Below are positions 39,421-51,844 of a stretch of DNA of 64,000 nt, piece after piece. The number at the start of each line of letters is the position of its first letter. Positions within the stretch are counted from its first letter, which is position 1. Origin of the DNA: an uncultured Gammaproteobacteria bacterium (GTDB lineage Bacteria; Pseudomonadota; Gammaproteobacteria; DRLM01). Made by a program: the position numbers and the translations under genes. The stretch lies in NCBI GenBank assembly GCA_963729605.1, contig CAVSNY010000005.1:32001-96000 (forward strand). The letters are read 5' to 3'. The notes beneath the pieces were generated by a model. The model ran no database searches. It saw only the letters and a program-made list of their open reading frames with translations, and was not told the DNA's origin.

Positions 39421-40906
39421 CTACTTGCTCGCACCCCGCCCATACACATCCTCGAATCGCACGATGTCATCCTCGCCGAGATAAGCTTCCCGACTGCACC
39501 TCGATGATCTCCAGGGGCAGGCTGCCGGGGTTTTCCAAGCGGTGTTGCACACCCAGCGGGATATAGGTCGATTGGTTTTCGGTGAGCAGAAACACTTCTT
39601 CGCCGCGGGTCACCCGCGCCGTGCCGCGCACCACAACCCAATGTTCGGCGCGATGGTGATGCATTTGCAACGACAGCGTGGCGCCAGGCTTCACGATGAT
39701 CCGCTTCACTTGAAAACGCTCGCCGGCGTCGATGCCTTCATAACTGCCCCAAGGCCGATAGACGCGGCGGTGGGTCAGGCGTTCGCTGCGATTCTCCGCC
39801 TTGAGCCGCTCGACAATTTTTTTGACGTCCTGCGTCTGGCTTTTGTGGGCCACCATCACCGCGTCGGCGGTCTCCACCACCACCATGTCTTCCAGCCCTA
39901 CCCCGGCCACCATCCGGTATTCGGAAATCAGCAGGCTATTGCGAGTGGCGTGGGTATACACATCGCCCTTGGTCACATTGCCGTCGATATCGGGCATGCC
40001 CACCTCCCATACCGCCGACCAGGCCCCCACATCCGACCACCCGGCGGCCAACGGCACCACCGCGGCCCACAAACCCTCCACCGGCTGGCTGGTCAATTTC
40101 TCCATCACCGCGTAGTCGATCGAATCGCTGGGGCATTGGCTAAAGGCCTTTTTGTCCACCCGATAAAAATCCCGGTCCTGCACCCCACCCTCGTCGGCAC
40201 GCCGGCACGCCGCCAGGATATCGGGCCGGTATTGCGCCATGGCCCGCAGCCACACGGCGGGCTTCATCACGAACATACCGCTGTTCCACAAATACTCGCC
40301 GCTCGCCACATAACCCTCGGCCGTGGCCCGGTCCGGCTTCTCGACAAAGGTCGCCAGCGCACGGGGCGCGACCGCCGTCGAGCCGTCGCGCGAAGGGCGC
40401 AGCGTATCGCCCACTCGAATATAACCGTACCCCGTCTCCGGCCCGCTGGGTACGATCCCGAAAGTAACCAGTGCGCCCTCCTCGGCCAAGGCCACCGCTT
40501 CGGCCATCGCGACCCCGAACGTCACCGGATCGCGAATCACATGATCGGCCGGCATCACCAGCATCACCGCCTCATCGCCGTTTTTCTCAAGCGCCAGGGC
40601 CGCCAGCGTCAGCGCCGGCGCGGTATTGCGGCCCGCCGGTTCGAGGATGATGGTAGCGTCGGACACACCCAATTCCCGCACCTGCTCGGCCACCATAAAA
40701 CGGTGTTCCTCGTTACACACCAGCAGCGGCGTACCCATGACGAAGGGCGGGATCGCCTTTCCCAGGCCCTCCATCCGCGACACCGTTTCCTGCAACAGGG
40801 AACGGCTGCCGAGAAAGGCCAGCAGCTGCTTGGGATAATGTTCACGGGACAGGGGCCAAAGGCGGGTGCCGGAGCCCCCGGAAAGAATGATGGGTTGCAG
40901 CTTCAT
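39421..40906 (-). CDS. manC: Mannose-1-phosphate guanylyltransferase / mannose-6-phosphate isomerase, with +1 frameshift near the 3' end
   Basis: ILSGGSGTRLWPLSR, GRNTAPA, WNSGMF, SIDYAVME, RPWG, LSLQMHHHRAEHW; removing one base at 39483-39484 restores EVQSGSYLGEDDIVRFEDVYGR to TAG at 39421. Confidence 0.93.
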
Positions 40907-41116
40907 ATTATTTTCCGATGAGTCACAAAGCCAACGCGACCAAGCCTCTAACGGACCAGGGCGACAGCGCAACTATAACAAAAGAAGATCAAAGCCGTAC
41001 ACCAACAGCGGTTAAGTCTTCATCAAGGCTTTAAACCACCGCTCCTCCACTATCACACTCACTTGAGCGGGAGTACTGAAGAGGCAAATACACTGCGTCA
41101 AACCCCGCGACCGAAT

Positions 41117-41676
41117 CTCCCCTCCTTATCAAGGAGGGGTGCCCCCGAAGGGGGCGGGGTGGTTCGCGCCGTGCCTTTAAAAAACACCACCCCGGCGCTA
41201 TCGCGCCACCCCTCCTCGCTTGAGGAGGGGAGTGAGGAGACATGCGATCTTCATCGCGGGGGGAAGGCTCAACGCAGCAATTGCGAAACACCCCCTGAAA
41301 TCACAAAACACCGTCTGAATCTGAAAGGGGCAAGTACACTGCGTCAAACCCCGCGACCGAATCTCCCCTCCTTATCAAGGAGGGGTGCCCCCGAAGGGGG
41401 CGGGGTGGTTTACGCCGCGCCTTTAAAAAACACCACCCCGGCGCTATCGCGCCACCCCTCCTCGTTTGAGGAGGGGAGTGAGAGACAAGCAATCTTCTTC
41501 GCGCGGGGCGTCTGAAGCTGAAGGGGACAAGTAACAGTGCGTCATAAACCCCGCGACCGAATCTCCCCTCCTTCTCAAGGAGGGGTGCCCCCGAAGGGGG
41601 CGGGGTGGTTTGCGCCGTGCTTTAAAAACACCACCCCGGCGCTATCGCGCCACCCCTCCTCACTTGAGGAGGGGAG
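41117..41676. repeat. Three tandem inverted doublets of family-A repeats (BIME/REPIN-like array)
   Basis: L/R pairs at 41117-41232, 41363-41478, 41563-41676 with 20-22-bp spacers and homologous flanks; a truncated fourth unit resumes at 42964. Confidence 0.93.
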
Positions 41677-41715
41677 TGAGGAGACTTGATCTTGATCGCG
41701 GGGGAAGTGTAGTGG

Positions 41716-42923
<1,208 letters not shown>

Positions 42924-43066
42924 TCACCCAGAATCAGGTGGCCAAATCGACTATGCCACTACAACCCCTCCTCGCTTGAGGAGGGGAGTGAGGAGACAAA
43001 CGATCTTCATCGCGGAAGATGGCGGGGCAGAATGGCGGGAGAGAATACTCAGCTATTGCGAAACGA

Positions 43067-44170
43067 CTAAACCTGCCCGCTCGACTCGGCGGCGGGGGCA
43101 GTAGTGTTTACGGCCTTTGCTTCCACCTGCTGCTGCTCGGCCCAGACCACCTTCGCCAAATAGTTCAAGGCCAGCACATACAGCCCGAAAAGGCCCAAGA
43201 AACTGAGCAACATCACCCCATCCGATAATTGCCCGGTGTGGCCGACTATCCCGACGATGGCGAACAACAAACCCAGCGCCCAAATCAGCATGGTCGTTTG
43301 CTTCACCGAATAACCCGCCGCCAGCAGGACATGGTGAAGATGCTGCCTATCCGCGGAAAACGGCGACTGCCCCGCCATGAGCCGGCGCAACATCACCGCC
43401 ACCGTATCCATCAGCGGCACGGCGAATATCCACAACGCGATCACCGGATGCATGATCCGATGGTCGCCTTGGGAAAACTCGATCAGGAAACGGGCGATGA
43501 CGAAGCCCAGGAACAGACTGCCGGCATCCCCCATGAAGACCTTCGCTCGCTTGCGCCACGGACTGCGGGCATTGAACACCAGGAAGCCGGCCACACAGGC
43601 TATCAGCACCATGAGCACATCCAAGTCCTGCGACATACCGGCGTCATAAGCCAGATAGGCCAGCGAACCCAACGTGATCAGGACCAGCCCCCCGGCCAAC
43701 CCATCCAAACCGTCGGACATGTTAACCGCGTTGAGCACGCCCACCGTGCAAAAAATCGTAAAAGGTATGGCCAAGGCCCCCAACGAGAGTATCTCCCCGA
43801 AGGACAACCACCCCAAATCCTCCAGCGCGACACCACCCACCAAGGTCAACAATAAAGCGGCAACCACCTGCGCCAGAAAGCGCACACGCTTACTGAGTTC
43901 CTGCAAATCATCCAACATGCCAATGACCACCAGCAAAAATCCGCCGGTGATAAGGGCTGGAAATCGTTCCCAAGGGGCATAGATCAGGCTCAAGCCCACA
44001 CAGAATCCGATGAACATGGCCAGGCCGCCCACCAGCGGAACCTGCCCCACATGCAGCTTCCGCGCGTCCGGCTCGTCCACCAGGCCAATCCGATTGGCCA
44101 ATAGGGGAAGAACATAAACCATAGCCATTACCACGGCCATGACCACCAGCGCAGTAAACACTATCCCCAC
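43067..44170 (-). CDS. wecA: Undecaprenyl-phosphate GlcNAc-1-phosphate transferase
   Basis: GLVDEPDARKLH.G.VPLVGG, GMLDD, NAVNMSDGLDG, VFMGDAGS, ADRQHLHH. Confidence 0.9.
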   Translation of the reverse strand: MGIVFTALVVMAVVMAMVYVLPLLANRIGLVDEPDARKLHVGQVPLVGGLAMFIGFCVGLSLIYAPWERFPALITGGFLLVVIGMLDDLQELSKRVRFLAQVVAALLLTLVGGVALEDLGWLSFGEILSLGALAIPFTIFCTVGVLNAVNMSDGLDGLAGGLVLITLGSLAYLAYDAGMSQDLDVLMVLIACVAGFLVFNARSPWRKRAKVFMGDAGSLFLGFVIARFLIEFSQGDHRIMHPVIALWIFAVPLMDTVAVMLRRLMAGQSPFSADRQHLHHVLLAAGYSVKQTTMLIWALGLLFAIVGIVGHTGQLSDGVMLLSFLGLFGLYVLALNYLAKVVWAEQQQVEAKAVNTTAPAAESSGQV

Positions 44171-44561
44171 TGTGCCTCCTAATCCCGTTTATTAAATTCC
44201 TTAAGTATTCCTAGTAGCGTCCAGGCGACTCCATAAAAGCATTGTTTCTAGAAATACCATAATCAATCTTGTGTAATTTTTTGCAAACACCCAAACTAGA
44301 AAATCATGTATTACAAACAGGAGGTTACACGGACTTAAGTTCTCATACAAGTCATAAGATAACCCATTTTACAAATTTACTTCTCAGACATCAGATGGCA
44401 GAAACGACTGAATTAAAACTTAATTAATAGCAATTTAAGGAGGTTTCCGAACGTTAATGTAAGCGCTCATTCACAGACAACTAAGGCGGGCACATACATC
44501 GAGCAAAACATATGCCACTCAAAATTAGTCAGCTACACTGCAAAACTTCCAGAAAATATCG
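44171..44561 (-). promoter_or_regulatory. AT-rich intergenic region, probable promoter region for wecA
   Basis: 390 bp, visibly AT-rich, no ORF; GGAGG RBS before the wecA start; no specific promoter boxes assigned. Confidence 0.4.
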
Positions 44562-45728
44562 CTATTGATATTTTTTAATATTTAAATCGGATATAACAGA
44601 CAAATATTGATCAATGACAATCTGCTCATCAAATTCCCGTTCCATTTTTTCTCGTCCCCGGTGTCCCATCTCTGCCCGCGCCTCAGCTGAGAGCGTTATC
44701 ATTCGAATCATTTTCTCCGCCAAATCATTTGCATTTCTTACTTCGCACAAAAAACCATTCATTTCATCTTCTACTACTTCACGACATCCCACTGCATCCG
44801 TAGTGATGATAGGGCGCCTCAGCGCCGCGGCTTCCAGCAATGCGCGCGGCACACCTTCCCGAAAAGACGGCAACACCACGCAATCAGCGGTCTCGATGTA
44901 AAGCCTCACATCGTCACTTACACCGAGATAATTCACCACGCCTTCATCAACCCAGCCCTGCATTTGCTGCCGCGAGATCGCTGCCGGATTCTGCACGTCC
45001 AAAAAACCCAGCAAACAGAACTCCACCGCGGGATAATGACGCCGGACCTGCCGCGCCGCCTCCACATATTCCCCCACGCCTTTATTCCACAACATTCGCG
45101 CAACCAACAGAAAGCGGAAAGGTCCATCCTTCCCCCCTCTCCCGCGAGCTGGAGAGAGGTCGGGGGTGAAAGTGTTCGGAATTTCCACCATCGAAAACCG
45201 CTCCAGATCGATCCCCGATCCGGGTACGCGATCCGTCATCTCTGCCCGCACCAATCCACTCTCCACAAATAAACGCCGATCATCCTCGTTCTGAAAAAAA
45301 ACCCGTACCGAACGGCCCAATGCCAATCGATAAAGACCGCATACCACTTTAGTCAACCAACCATCTCGAATAAACACCGCGCCCAACCCAGCAATGTTAT
45401 TAATTACTGGAACACCCAAGGTATGGGCCGCCAGCGAACCATAGATATTGGGTTTTACTGTATAACCGAGAAACACGGTCGGGCGCTCTTTCCGCAACAG
45501 GCGATAAAAACGCCACAGCAGTAACATATCCCGCCCTGGATGCGTGCCCTTGTTGTCCATGGGTAACGGTACATAACGGCAGCCGAGTTCAATAAGCCGA
45601 GGTGCGTATTCGTCGTACGGAGCGACAGCCACGACTTCATACCCTTCCGCCACCAGGGCACGAATCAAACCGGCGCGAAAGTTCACCAGATTCCAGGCCG
45701 CATTGAGCGCGATCATCACCTTTGGCAT
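44562..45728 (-). CDS. GT4 glycosyltransferase (CapM/WbnE-like), carrying an in-frame palindrome
   Basis: NFRAGLI, YTVKPNIYG, FFQNEDD, GSGIDL, LPSFREGVPRALLEAA; TGATG overlap with asnB. Confidence 0.92.
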   Translation of the reverse strand: MPKVMIALNAAWNLVNFRAGLIRALVAEGYEVVAVAPYDEYAPRLIELGCRYVPLPMDNKGTHPGRDMLLLWRFYRLLRKERPTVFLGYTVKPNIYGSLAAHTLGVPVINNIAGLGAVFIRDGWLTKVVCGLYRLALGRSVRVFFQNEDDRRLFVESGLVRAEMTDRVPGSGIDLERFSMVEIPNTFTPDLSPARGRGGKDGPFRFLLVARMLWNKGVGEYVEAARQVRRHYPAVEFCLLGFLDVQNPAAISRQQMQGWVDEGVVNYLGVSDDVRLYIETADCVVLPSFREGVPRALLEAAALRRPIITTDAVGCREVVEDEMNGFLCEVRNANDLAEKMIRMITLSAEARAEMGHRGREKMEREFDEQIVIDQYLSVISDLNIKKYQ

Positions 45729-47680
45729 CAGACCCGTTGCTCCTCGAGCCATGCCTGGAACATCAACACATCCCACAGGTGATACTGCCAATTACGCTTC
45801 CCTGAAAGATGCTCAGTCCATTTTTGCCGAATCGGTCCCGGATGAAAATAGCCCTCTCTCTTCAACCGATCTTCGGCCAACAAGCTCTCTGCCCATTCAC
45901 GCAACGGTCCGCGCAACCAACTATCTATCGGCACCCCAAAACCCATCTTGGGGCGATCAATTAACACCTTGGGCACATACTTGTAAAGCACTTGCCGCAA
46001 AATCCATTTGCTCTGCCCATTGCGTATTTTCATCGACAAGGGCAAACGCCAAGCAAACTCCACCACCCGGTGGTCGAGCATCGGCACGCGTGTTTCCAAG
46101 CTTACGCCCATGGCAGCGCGGTCTAATTTCACCAGAATATCGTTGGGCAGATAGCTTATAGCATCCAGAACCATCATGCGGTGCTCAAGGCCATCCACAG
46201 CAGACCAAGCATCCGTCAAGGTTAACGCCGTTGGCGGCTCGTTGGCTCCGATAACGATATCAGTGGGGTTCTTCCAGTGCGACACCACGCCGCGATAAAT
46301 TTCCTCTACACTCGCCGCTCCCAGAATTTCCGCGAGCTTGTGCATCTTGTCGCCCGGCTGTGTAAACCTCGCCTTGGCGGGCAACAGCGACGCGATCAAC
46401 CCATACCAGCGATTCCACGCTGCCGGCGATGCCGCCAATAGCGCGCAGGCCATACTGCGCCGTACTCCCATAGGCAAGACACTCAGCTTCCTCCAAATTC
46501 CGCTGACCATCAAATAGCGATTATACCCACCAAATACCTCATCCCCCGCGTCCCCCGATAGCGATACAGTCACATGCTGTCGCGTCATCTTCGAAACCAG
46601 AAACATAGGAATTTGTGACGAATCAGAAAATGGCTCGTCGTAAAGAACTGGCAAAGACGGAATCACCTCGAGTGCTTGCTGTGGCGATACATACAACTCC
46701 GTGTGTTCTGTACCCAAATGCTGTGCTACTGCCTTAGCGTACTCCGCCTCATTGTAGCCTTGTTCATGGAGTCCTATGGTAAAGGTCTTCACAGGCCGAT
46801 CGGATTGCGCCTGCATTAACGCCACGATAGTGGACGAGTCCACTCCGCCCGAGAGAAACGCCCCAAGCGGCACATCCGCCATCATTTGCTGTCGGACCGC
46901 ATCCCGCAGCAGCGTATCCAGAGCAGATACCGCATCAGAGTCCGATCCGCCATAAGGGCTATTCTGCCCCTGGCTTGCTACTTGCCGCAAAGACCAATAA
47001 GGAACTGGCTGCCCAGCCGCAAAGGCCCCTAAGCTGGGATCAATGCGCAACCATGTTCCCGGCGGCAGCTTAAAAATATTTTTGTAAATTGAATATGGTC
47101 CAGGGACACAATTGTGGCGCATTAATAATGTCAGCGCGTCACGATTGATCTCTCCAGCAAACGCCTGGTATGTCCGCAGTGCCTTTAATTCCGAACCAAA
47201 AAGAAATGCGCCATTTTGCCAGCCGTAATATAGGGGTTTTTCGCCAAAACGATCTCTAGCTAAAACGAGATAGCGTTGCTCCCTGTTCCATAGCGCAATG
47301 GCAAACATCCCAACACACTTTTTTAACGTGCGCTCAACGCCCCATAATTCAAAGCCCGCCAGCAGCGTTTCAGTATCCGAATGTCCACCCCATTCGAAAC
47401 CTATCAATTGCTTACGCAATTCCTGGTGATTGTATATCTCTCCGTTAAATGCCAGCACAAAACGACCGGAGGTCGACACCATCGGCTGATTGCCAGCAGG
47501 CGATAAATCAAGAATCGCCAACCGACGATGAACGATTCCGATACCGGCAGCCACATCACACCAAATACCTTCACTGTCCGGTCCACGATGAGCAATCCGA
47601 TCCCCCATACAACTCAAGGAGCGTCGCAGTGCTGCATGATCCGCAATCCTATCGGCAATGAGTCCAGCGAACCCACACAA
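45728..47680 (-). CDS. asnB: Asparagine synthase-like glutamine amidotransferase (sugar amidation)
   Basis: MCGFAG, HRGPD, FNGEIYN, RDRFGEKPLYY, LSGGVDSS, LSGDAGDE. Confidence 0.93.
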   Translation of the reverse strand: MCGFAGLIADRIADHAALRRSLSCMGDRIAHRGPDSEGIWCDVAAGIGIVHRRLAILDLSPAGNQPMVSTSGRFVLAFNGEIYNHQELRKQLIGFEWGGHSDTETLLAGFELWGVERTLKKCVGMFAIALWNREQRYLVLARDRFGEKPLYYGWQNGAFLFGSELKALRTYQAFAGEINRDALTLLMRHNCVPGPYSIYKNIFKLPPGTWLRIDPSLGAFAAGQPVPYWSLRQVASQGQNSPYGGSDSDAVSALDTLLRDAVRQQMMADVPLGAFLSGGVDSSTIVALMQAQSDRPVKTFTIGLHEQGYNEAEYAKAVAQHLGTEHTELYVSPQQALEVIPSLPVLYDEPFSDSSQIPMFLVSKMTRQHVTVSLSGDAGDEVFGGYNRYLMVSGIWRKLSVLPMGVRRSMACALLAASPAAWNRWYGLIASLLPAKARFTQPGDKMHKLAEILGAASVEEIYRGVVSHWKNPTDIVIGANEPPTALTLTDAWSAVDGLEHRMMVLDAISYLPNDILVKLDRAAMGVSLETRVPMLDHRVVEFAWRLPLSMKIRNGQSKWILRQVLYKYVPKVLIDRPKMGFGVPIDSWLRGPLREWAESLLAEDRLKREGYFHPGPIRQKWTEHLSGKRNWQYHLWDVLMFQAWLEEQRV

Positions 47681-48640
47681 TTATGCAAGCCCTCGACGAA
47701 TCAAATCCTCAAAGTATGCAATTGTTGGCGGCAAACCTTCCTGCAAAGAAATGCGGGGACTCCAATCCAACTTGGATTTCGCTAGCTCGATATCAGGCTG
47801 TCTTTGCTTAGGGTCATCCTCTGGCAATGGACGATGAATTAACTTAGAGCGACTCCCAGTAAGATCAATGACCATTTCGGCCAACTCGCGGATTGTAAAT
47901 TCGTTTGGGTTCCCGATATTCACTGGACCAGTAAAACCGTCATGCCGCATTAACCGCATGATCCCTTCGATCAAGTCATCGACGTAACAAAATGACCTGG
48001 TCTGCAAACCATCACCATAGAGAGTGATTGGCTCATCACGTAGCGCTTGCATGATGAAATTAGAAACCACTCTACCATCGGCAGGATGCATTCTAGGACC
48101 ATAGGTATTAAAGATACGTGCAACCCGAATCTCCAATGAGTGTTGTCGATGGTAATCAAAAAACAATGTTTCGGCACAGCGCTTTCCTTCGTCATAACAA
48201 GCCCTCACGCCGATTGGATTAACTGAACCCTTATAAGATTCGGGCTGCGGATGAATTTCCGGATCACCGTAAACTTCACTGGTCGACGCCTGAAAGATAC
48301 GACAGCGAATTCGTTTGGCCAACCCAAGCATATTGATTGCGCCGTGCACACTCACCTTAGTCGTTTGCACTGGGTCAAGCTGATAGTGAATGGGAGATGC
48401 CGGGCAAGCTAGATTCCAAATTTCATCTGTTTCTACGTAAAGTGGAAACGTGATGTCATGTCGTATTGCCTCGAAATGAGGGTTCTCGAACAAATGCAGC
48501 AGATTCTCTCGACTACCCGTAAAGTAATTGTCAACACACAAAACATTGTGGCCATCAGCAATCAAACGATCACATAAATGGGATCCTATAAAACCAGCCC
48601 CTCCTGTAACTAACGATGTTTTTCTCAAACTATTTCTCAT
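47681..48640 (-). CDS. UDP-glucuronate decarboxylase (UDP-xylose synthase)
   Basis: [52 protein letters not shown]. Confidence 0.93.
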   Translation of the reverse strand: MRNSLRKTSLVTGGAGFIGSHLCDRLIADGHNVLCVDNYFTGSRENLLHLFENPHFEAIRHDITFPLYVETDEIWNLACPASPIHYQLDPVQTTKVSVHGAINMLGLAKRIRCRIFQASTSEVYGDPEIHPQPESYKGSVNPIGVRACYDEGKRCAETLFFDYHRQHSLEIRVARIFNTYGPRMHPADGRVVSNFIMQALRDEPITLYGDGLQTRSFCYVDDLIEGIMRLMRHDGFTGPVNIGNPNEFTIRELAEMVIDLTGSRSKLIHRPLPEDDPKQRQPDIELAKSKLDWSPRISLQEGLPPTIAYFEDLIRRGLA

Positions 48641-48657
48641 TTAAGCTTCCCCATTCA

Positions 48658-49461
48658 TCACAAATGATGCAATCTAAGTGTTCGGGACCCCATTTCCCGC
48701 CAAAGATTTACCGCATCCCCCATCGACACGTCCTGCAACACACAGCGAAACCGCTCATTCAAATCGCGTTCAACACATAGCCACCAACGCGAAAAATTTT
48801 CACGCAAATCAACAGGCATTGTCTTGGCCAAAGCTTTCAATGACGCCAAATTATCGTAATCAATTCGGTTAATTTTAAATCCAGCATCTTTTACCAATTG
48901 GTCAATTTCGGATGCGATCACGCGTTGTTGATACTTTTCTTGCCTACCTAAAGCAGCCATAGCCGGTGAAACAATGGTGCGGACTTTGGCGCGAAGAGCA
49001 GGCGACCACGAACCTATATCCGATAAATCTAACTCGTTTCTAAAGTGGCCATCATCATAATTTAGATAGAAAACGCCATCCGGCGCCAGAAGTCGTTTTG
49101 CATCCTTCAAATATGCAACCTTATCTACTACATGCTCGAATACGCTAAAACTAACAATGTAATTAGCTAAAATACTAAGTCTATTAATGTCATTACCTCC
49201 GAATATTTCGGCATCGCAATCTTGCAGCCTTTTCTTTGCGATACGACATGCTACATTACTAGGTTCAAAGCCTATTAGTTTGATTTGGAGATTTTCGCGA
49301 AGAATTGTTGGCCAATCACCCCCATCTCCACACCCAAAATCAAACACAACAATATTTTCACTACCTTGAGATGCATGCGAAGACAAGATTTCTTCAATGA
49401 TACGTGTCTTCGCGGCATTCCCATGCCAGTATAGCTTTCTGCAATCTCTGTTCATGAACAT
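48658..49461 (-). CDS. Class I SAM-dependent methyltransferase
   Basis: FDFGCGDG, SVFEHV, LAPDG. Confidence 0.82.
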   Translation of the reverse strand: MFMNRDCRKLYWHGNAAKTRIIEEILSSHASQGSENIVVFDFGCGDGGDWPTILRENLQIKLIGFEPSNVACRIAKKRLQDCDAEIFGGNDINRLSILANYIVSFSVFEHVVDKVAYLKDAKRLLAPDGVFYLNYDDGHFRNELDLSDIGSWSPALRAKVRTIVSPAMAALGRQEKYQQRVIASEIDQLVKDAGFKINRIDYDNLASLKALAKTMPVDLRENFSRWWLCVERDLNERFRCVLQDVSMGDAVNLWREMGSRTLRLHHL

Positions 49462-50564
49462 TCCAGATAAATGGTCTTGGTCTGTGACACCATTTTTTCC
49501 AGTGTAAACAATTCCAATGCGCGCCGATTTCCAGCAGCACCAAAAACTTCCCTAATATCGTCTTTTTCCATTCTCAGAAATGCCTCTCCCAACGCTTGAG
49601 CATTATTCACATCACATAAAATACCCGTCTCGTTATGCGTTACCACTTCTGGAATCGCACTAACGGCCGTCGCCACTATTGGTTTTGAGGCGGCCATAGC
49701 TTCAAGTAAAACAAGACCAAATCCTTCATAGATAGAGGTTAGTGCAAAACAGTCGATTGTATTCATCACTAGAGGAATATCTTCCCGATAGCCTGCCCAA
49801 ATCACCTCATCCGAGATACCCAACTTTTTGGCCAACTCCTTAAGCTCTTCCTCAAGAGGACCACGCCCAACCAATAACAAACGAGCAGGCTTTGTAGCAT
49901 ATTTTCTATAATTAGCGTATCCCGTGAGCAAAACATGCAAAGCCTTTTGTGGGACAAGTCGCGCAACAGTTCCGACCAGCCAGGCATCGGATGGCACGCC
50001 CCACTCCGAACGCACCGCCAAAATCGCATCGTTGGAGAAAGTTTTGTATGGCACCGGATCGATGCCATAACGAATGGTCACAACTTGTTCCGATGCCAAG
50101 CGAACATACTGCCGCACATAGGCATTCACAGCGTCTGAAATAGCAATTATGCGACTTGCACGATCTGCAACAAACCGGCTAAGCCATCGTGCCCCAACGC
50201 CACGATAAAATGGCTCATCGTTATGCTTGCTGATTACCAAGGCTGGCCTTCCAGAACTTGGTAACATCAATGCAATCCTTACATATAGCTCGGCTGGCGG
50301 CATGTGCGCATGCACGATAGAAGGATTAAAATGATTAATTAGACGACACAACCTTAGCGCTGGACCTAGCTCACCATAACGACGAAGCGCAAGGCACTCA
50401 ACCGAAATACCCATCTCCTTAAAGGCGCGTTCCCAATAACCATCACCTTTAAGAAACGCGACGGAAACCTGAAAACCATCTAGCTTTTGATTACGGACGA
50501 GATCGACAAGATGATTTTCCGCACCTCCACGGTTTATGGTGGTAATAACATGAAGTATTCTCAC
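49452..50564 (-). CDS. GT4 glycosyltransferase
   Basis: GGAE, VARLVPQK, EGFGLVLLEAMA. Confidence 0.92.
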   Translation of the reverse strand: MRILHVITTINRGGAENHLVDLVRNQKLDGFQVSVAFLKGDGYWERAFKEMGISVECLALRRYGELGPALRLCRLINHFNPSIVHAHMPPAELYVRIALMLPSSGRPALVISKHNDEPFYRGVGARWLSRFVADRASRIIAISDAVNAYVRQYVRLASEQVVTIRYGIDPVPYKTFSNDAILAVRSEWGVPSDAWLVGTVARLVPQKALHVLLTGYANYRKYATKPARLLLVGRGPLEEELKELAKKLGISDEVIWAGYREDIPLVMNTIDCFALTSIYEGFGLVLLEAMAASKPIVATAVSAIPEVVTHNETGILCDVNNAQALGEAFLRMEKDDIREVFGAAGNRRALELFTLEKMVSQTKTIYLECS

Positions 50565-51844
50565 CCCAGGCCTCTTTCAATTATCAGTTGAAAAGATCTT
50601 CGACGCAAACCCGCGTTAAGTAGCAGTCCGTATAATATCGCATTTAAAAATGTAATTTGAAATCCACGATATATACCGATATCTATCGATGAAAAAGAAA
50701 AGATTAAAATAAATAAACAATAAGAAAATACAACAGGGCTGCTAATCCGTTTCTTCAATAGAAGGATTAAAAAGCATGCCGGCAGCAATACAAAAAACCC
50801 CAATTCCGCAGCCAGCGTAAAGTACAAATTATCCGAAAAGGCATTCGACCCGGGATGCAATATTCTATCGGTTGGAACAAAGTCGAAAACGTATGTCGAA
50901 AGCGACGTCATGAGACTAAATAGTCCATGACCAAGTCCGCCCACTGTGACAGATGCACCAAACCCCAAGTATTCTGAATTCAACATAACAAAGGGGGTAG
51001 ATATAACTAGCAAAACTCTCATATACATGTTGCTTGCGTCCTCAACCTTCTCACCAGATGCAAATAGCGAAATTTCAGAAAGCTGGGATGACACGCCGGG
51101 GTTTACCCAGGAAGCAATTTGCAAAATAGGAATGAGGGCCACCAAAATCAAAATAAACCATTTAAGCCGGTCTACTCTTAGTGATCGCGCGACAAGTAGA
51201 TATCCAAAGGCAATAAAAAAGGCTATAACCGCTCCTTTCTTTGGAAAAAAAATAACCGCAAGAAGAAAAAATAGTATAGATGTTACTTGAAAAATAAACT
51301 TTGTCTTCTTTGAAAATCGATCATCAATTATCGCGCAAACAAGAAAAAAGAAAGATGCAAGAAAAAAGCCGGCAGAATATATTTTTGAATCTCCAGAAAA
51401 CGCGTCGATCATAAAAATCGATACAACGGCACCAGATATTGCCGCCAATATAAATGGCAAGGTTTTAACAGAGTAAGAATATGCAAATAGAAAAATAACA
51501 AATGCCTCTACTATTTTTAGTATAGATTTGAATGTATCAATCGGCGACGCACTGAATGAAACTGAGACTATCGCCACGACAAAGTATGAGAAAATAAGTT
51601 TCAACTCCGGAGCAATGCTACGCAAATTTCTACCACCTTCCTGAATCAATATTAAAAGGCAAATAAATGCCAGAATATCAATTACTCCTATGTTGAAATT
51701 TCCAGAGCCGACACTCATCGAATTATTCTTTGGAAGAAAAGAGAAAAAAACAATTAAGCAGATGAGTAAAGATGGAAAAGTCATTCTCGTGTTACGCTTT
51801 TCTGGCGACGCCAACTTTGATACCTCTGCGGCACAGTGACTCAT
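50561..51844 (-). CDS. wzy: Probable O-antigen polymerase (polytopic membrane protein)
   Basis: About 11 hydrophobic segments, periplasmic loop S...R...GFG...DNLY...AELG, low GC, near wzx. Confidence 0.65.
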   Translation of the reverse strand: MSHCAAEVSKLASPEKRNTRMTFPSLLICLIVFFSFLPKNNSMSVGSGNFNIGVIDILAFICLLILIQEGGRNLRSIAPELKLIFSYFVVAIVSVSFSASPIDTFKSILKIVEAFVIFLFAYSYSVKTLPFILAAISGAVVSIFMIDAFSGDSKIYSAGFFLASFFFLVCAIIDDRFSKKTKFIFQVTSILFFLLAVIFFPKKGAVIAFFIAFGYLLVARSLRVDRLKWFILILVALIPILQIASWVNPGVSSQLSEISLFASGEKVEDASNMYMRVLLVISTPFVMLNSEYLGFGASVTVGGLGHGLFSLMTSLSTYVFDFVPTDRILHPGSNAFSDNLYFTLAAELGFFVLLPACFLILLLKKRISSPVVFSYCLFILIFSFSSIDIGIYRGFQITFLNAILYGLLLNAGLRRRSFQLIIERGLG

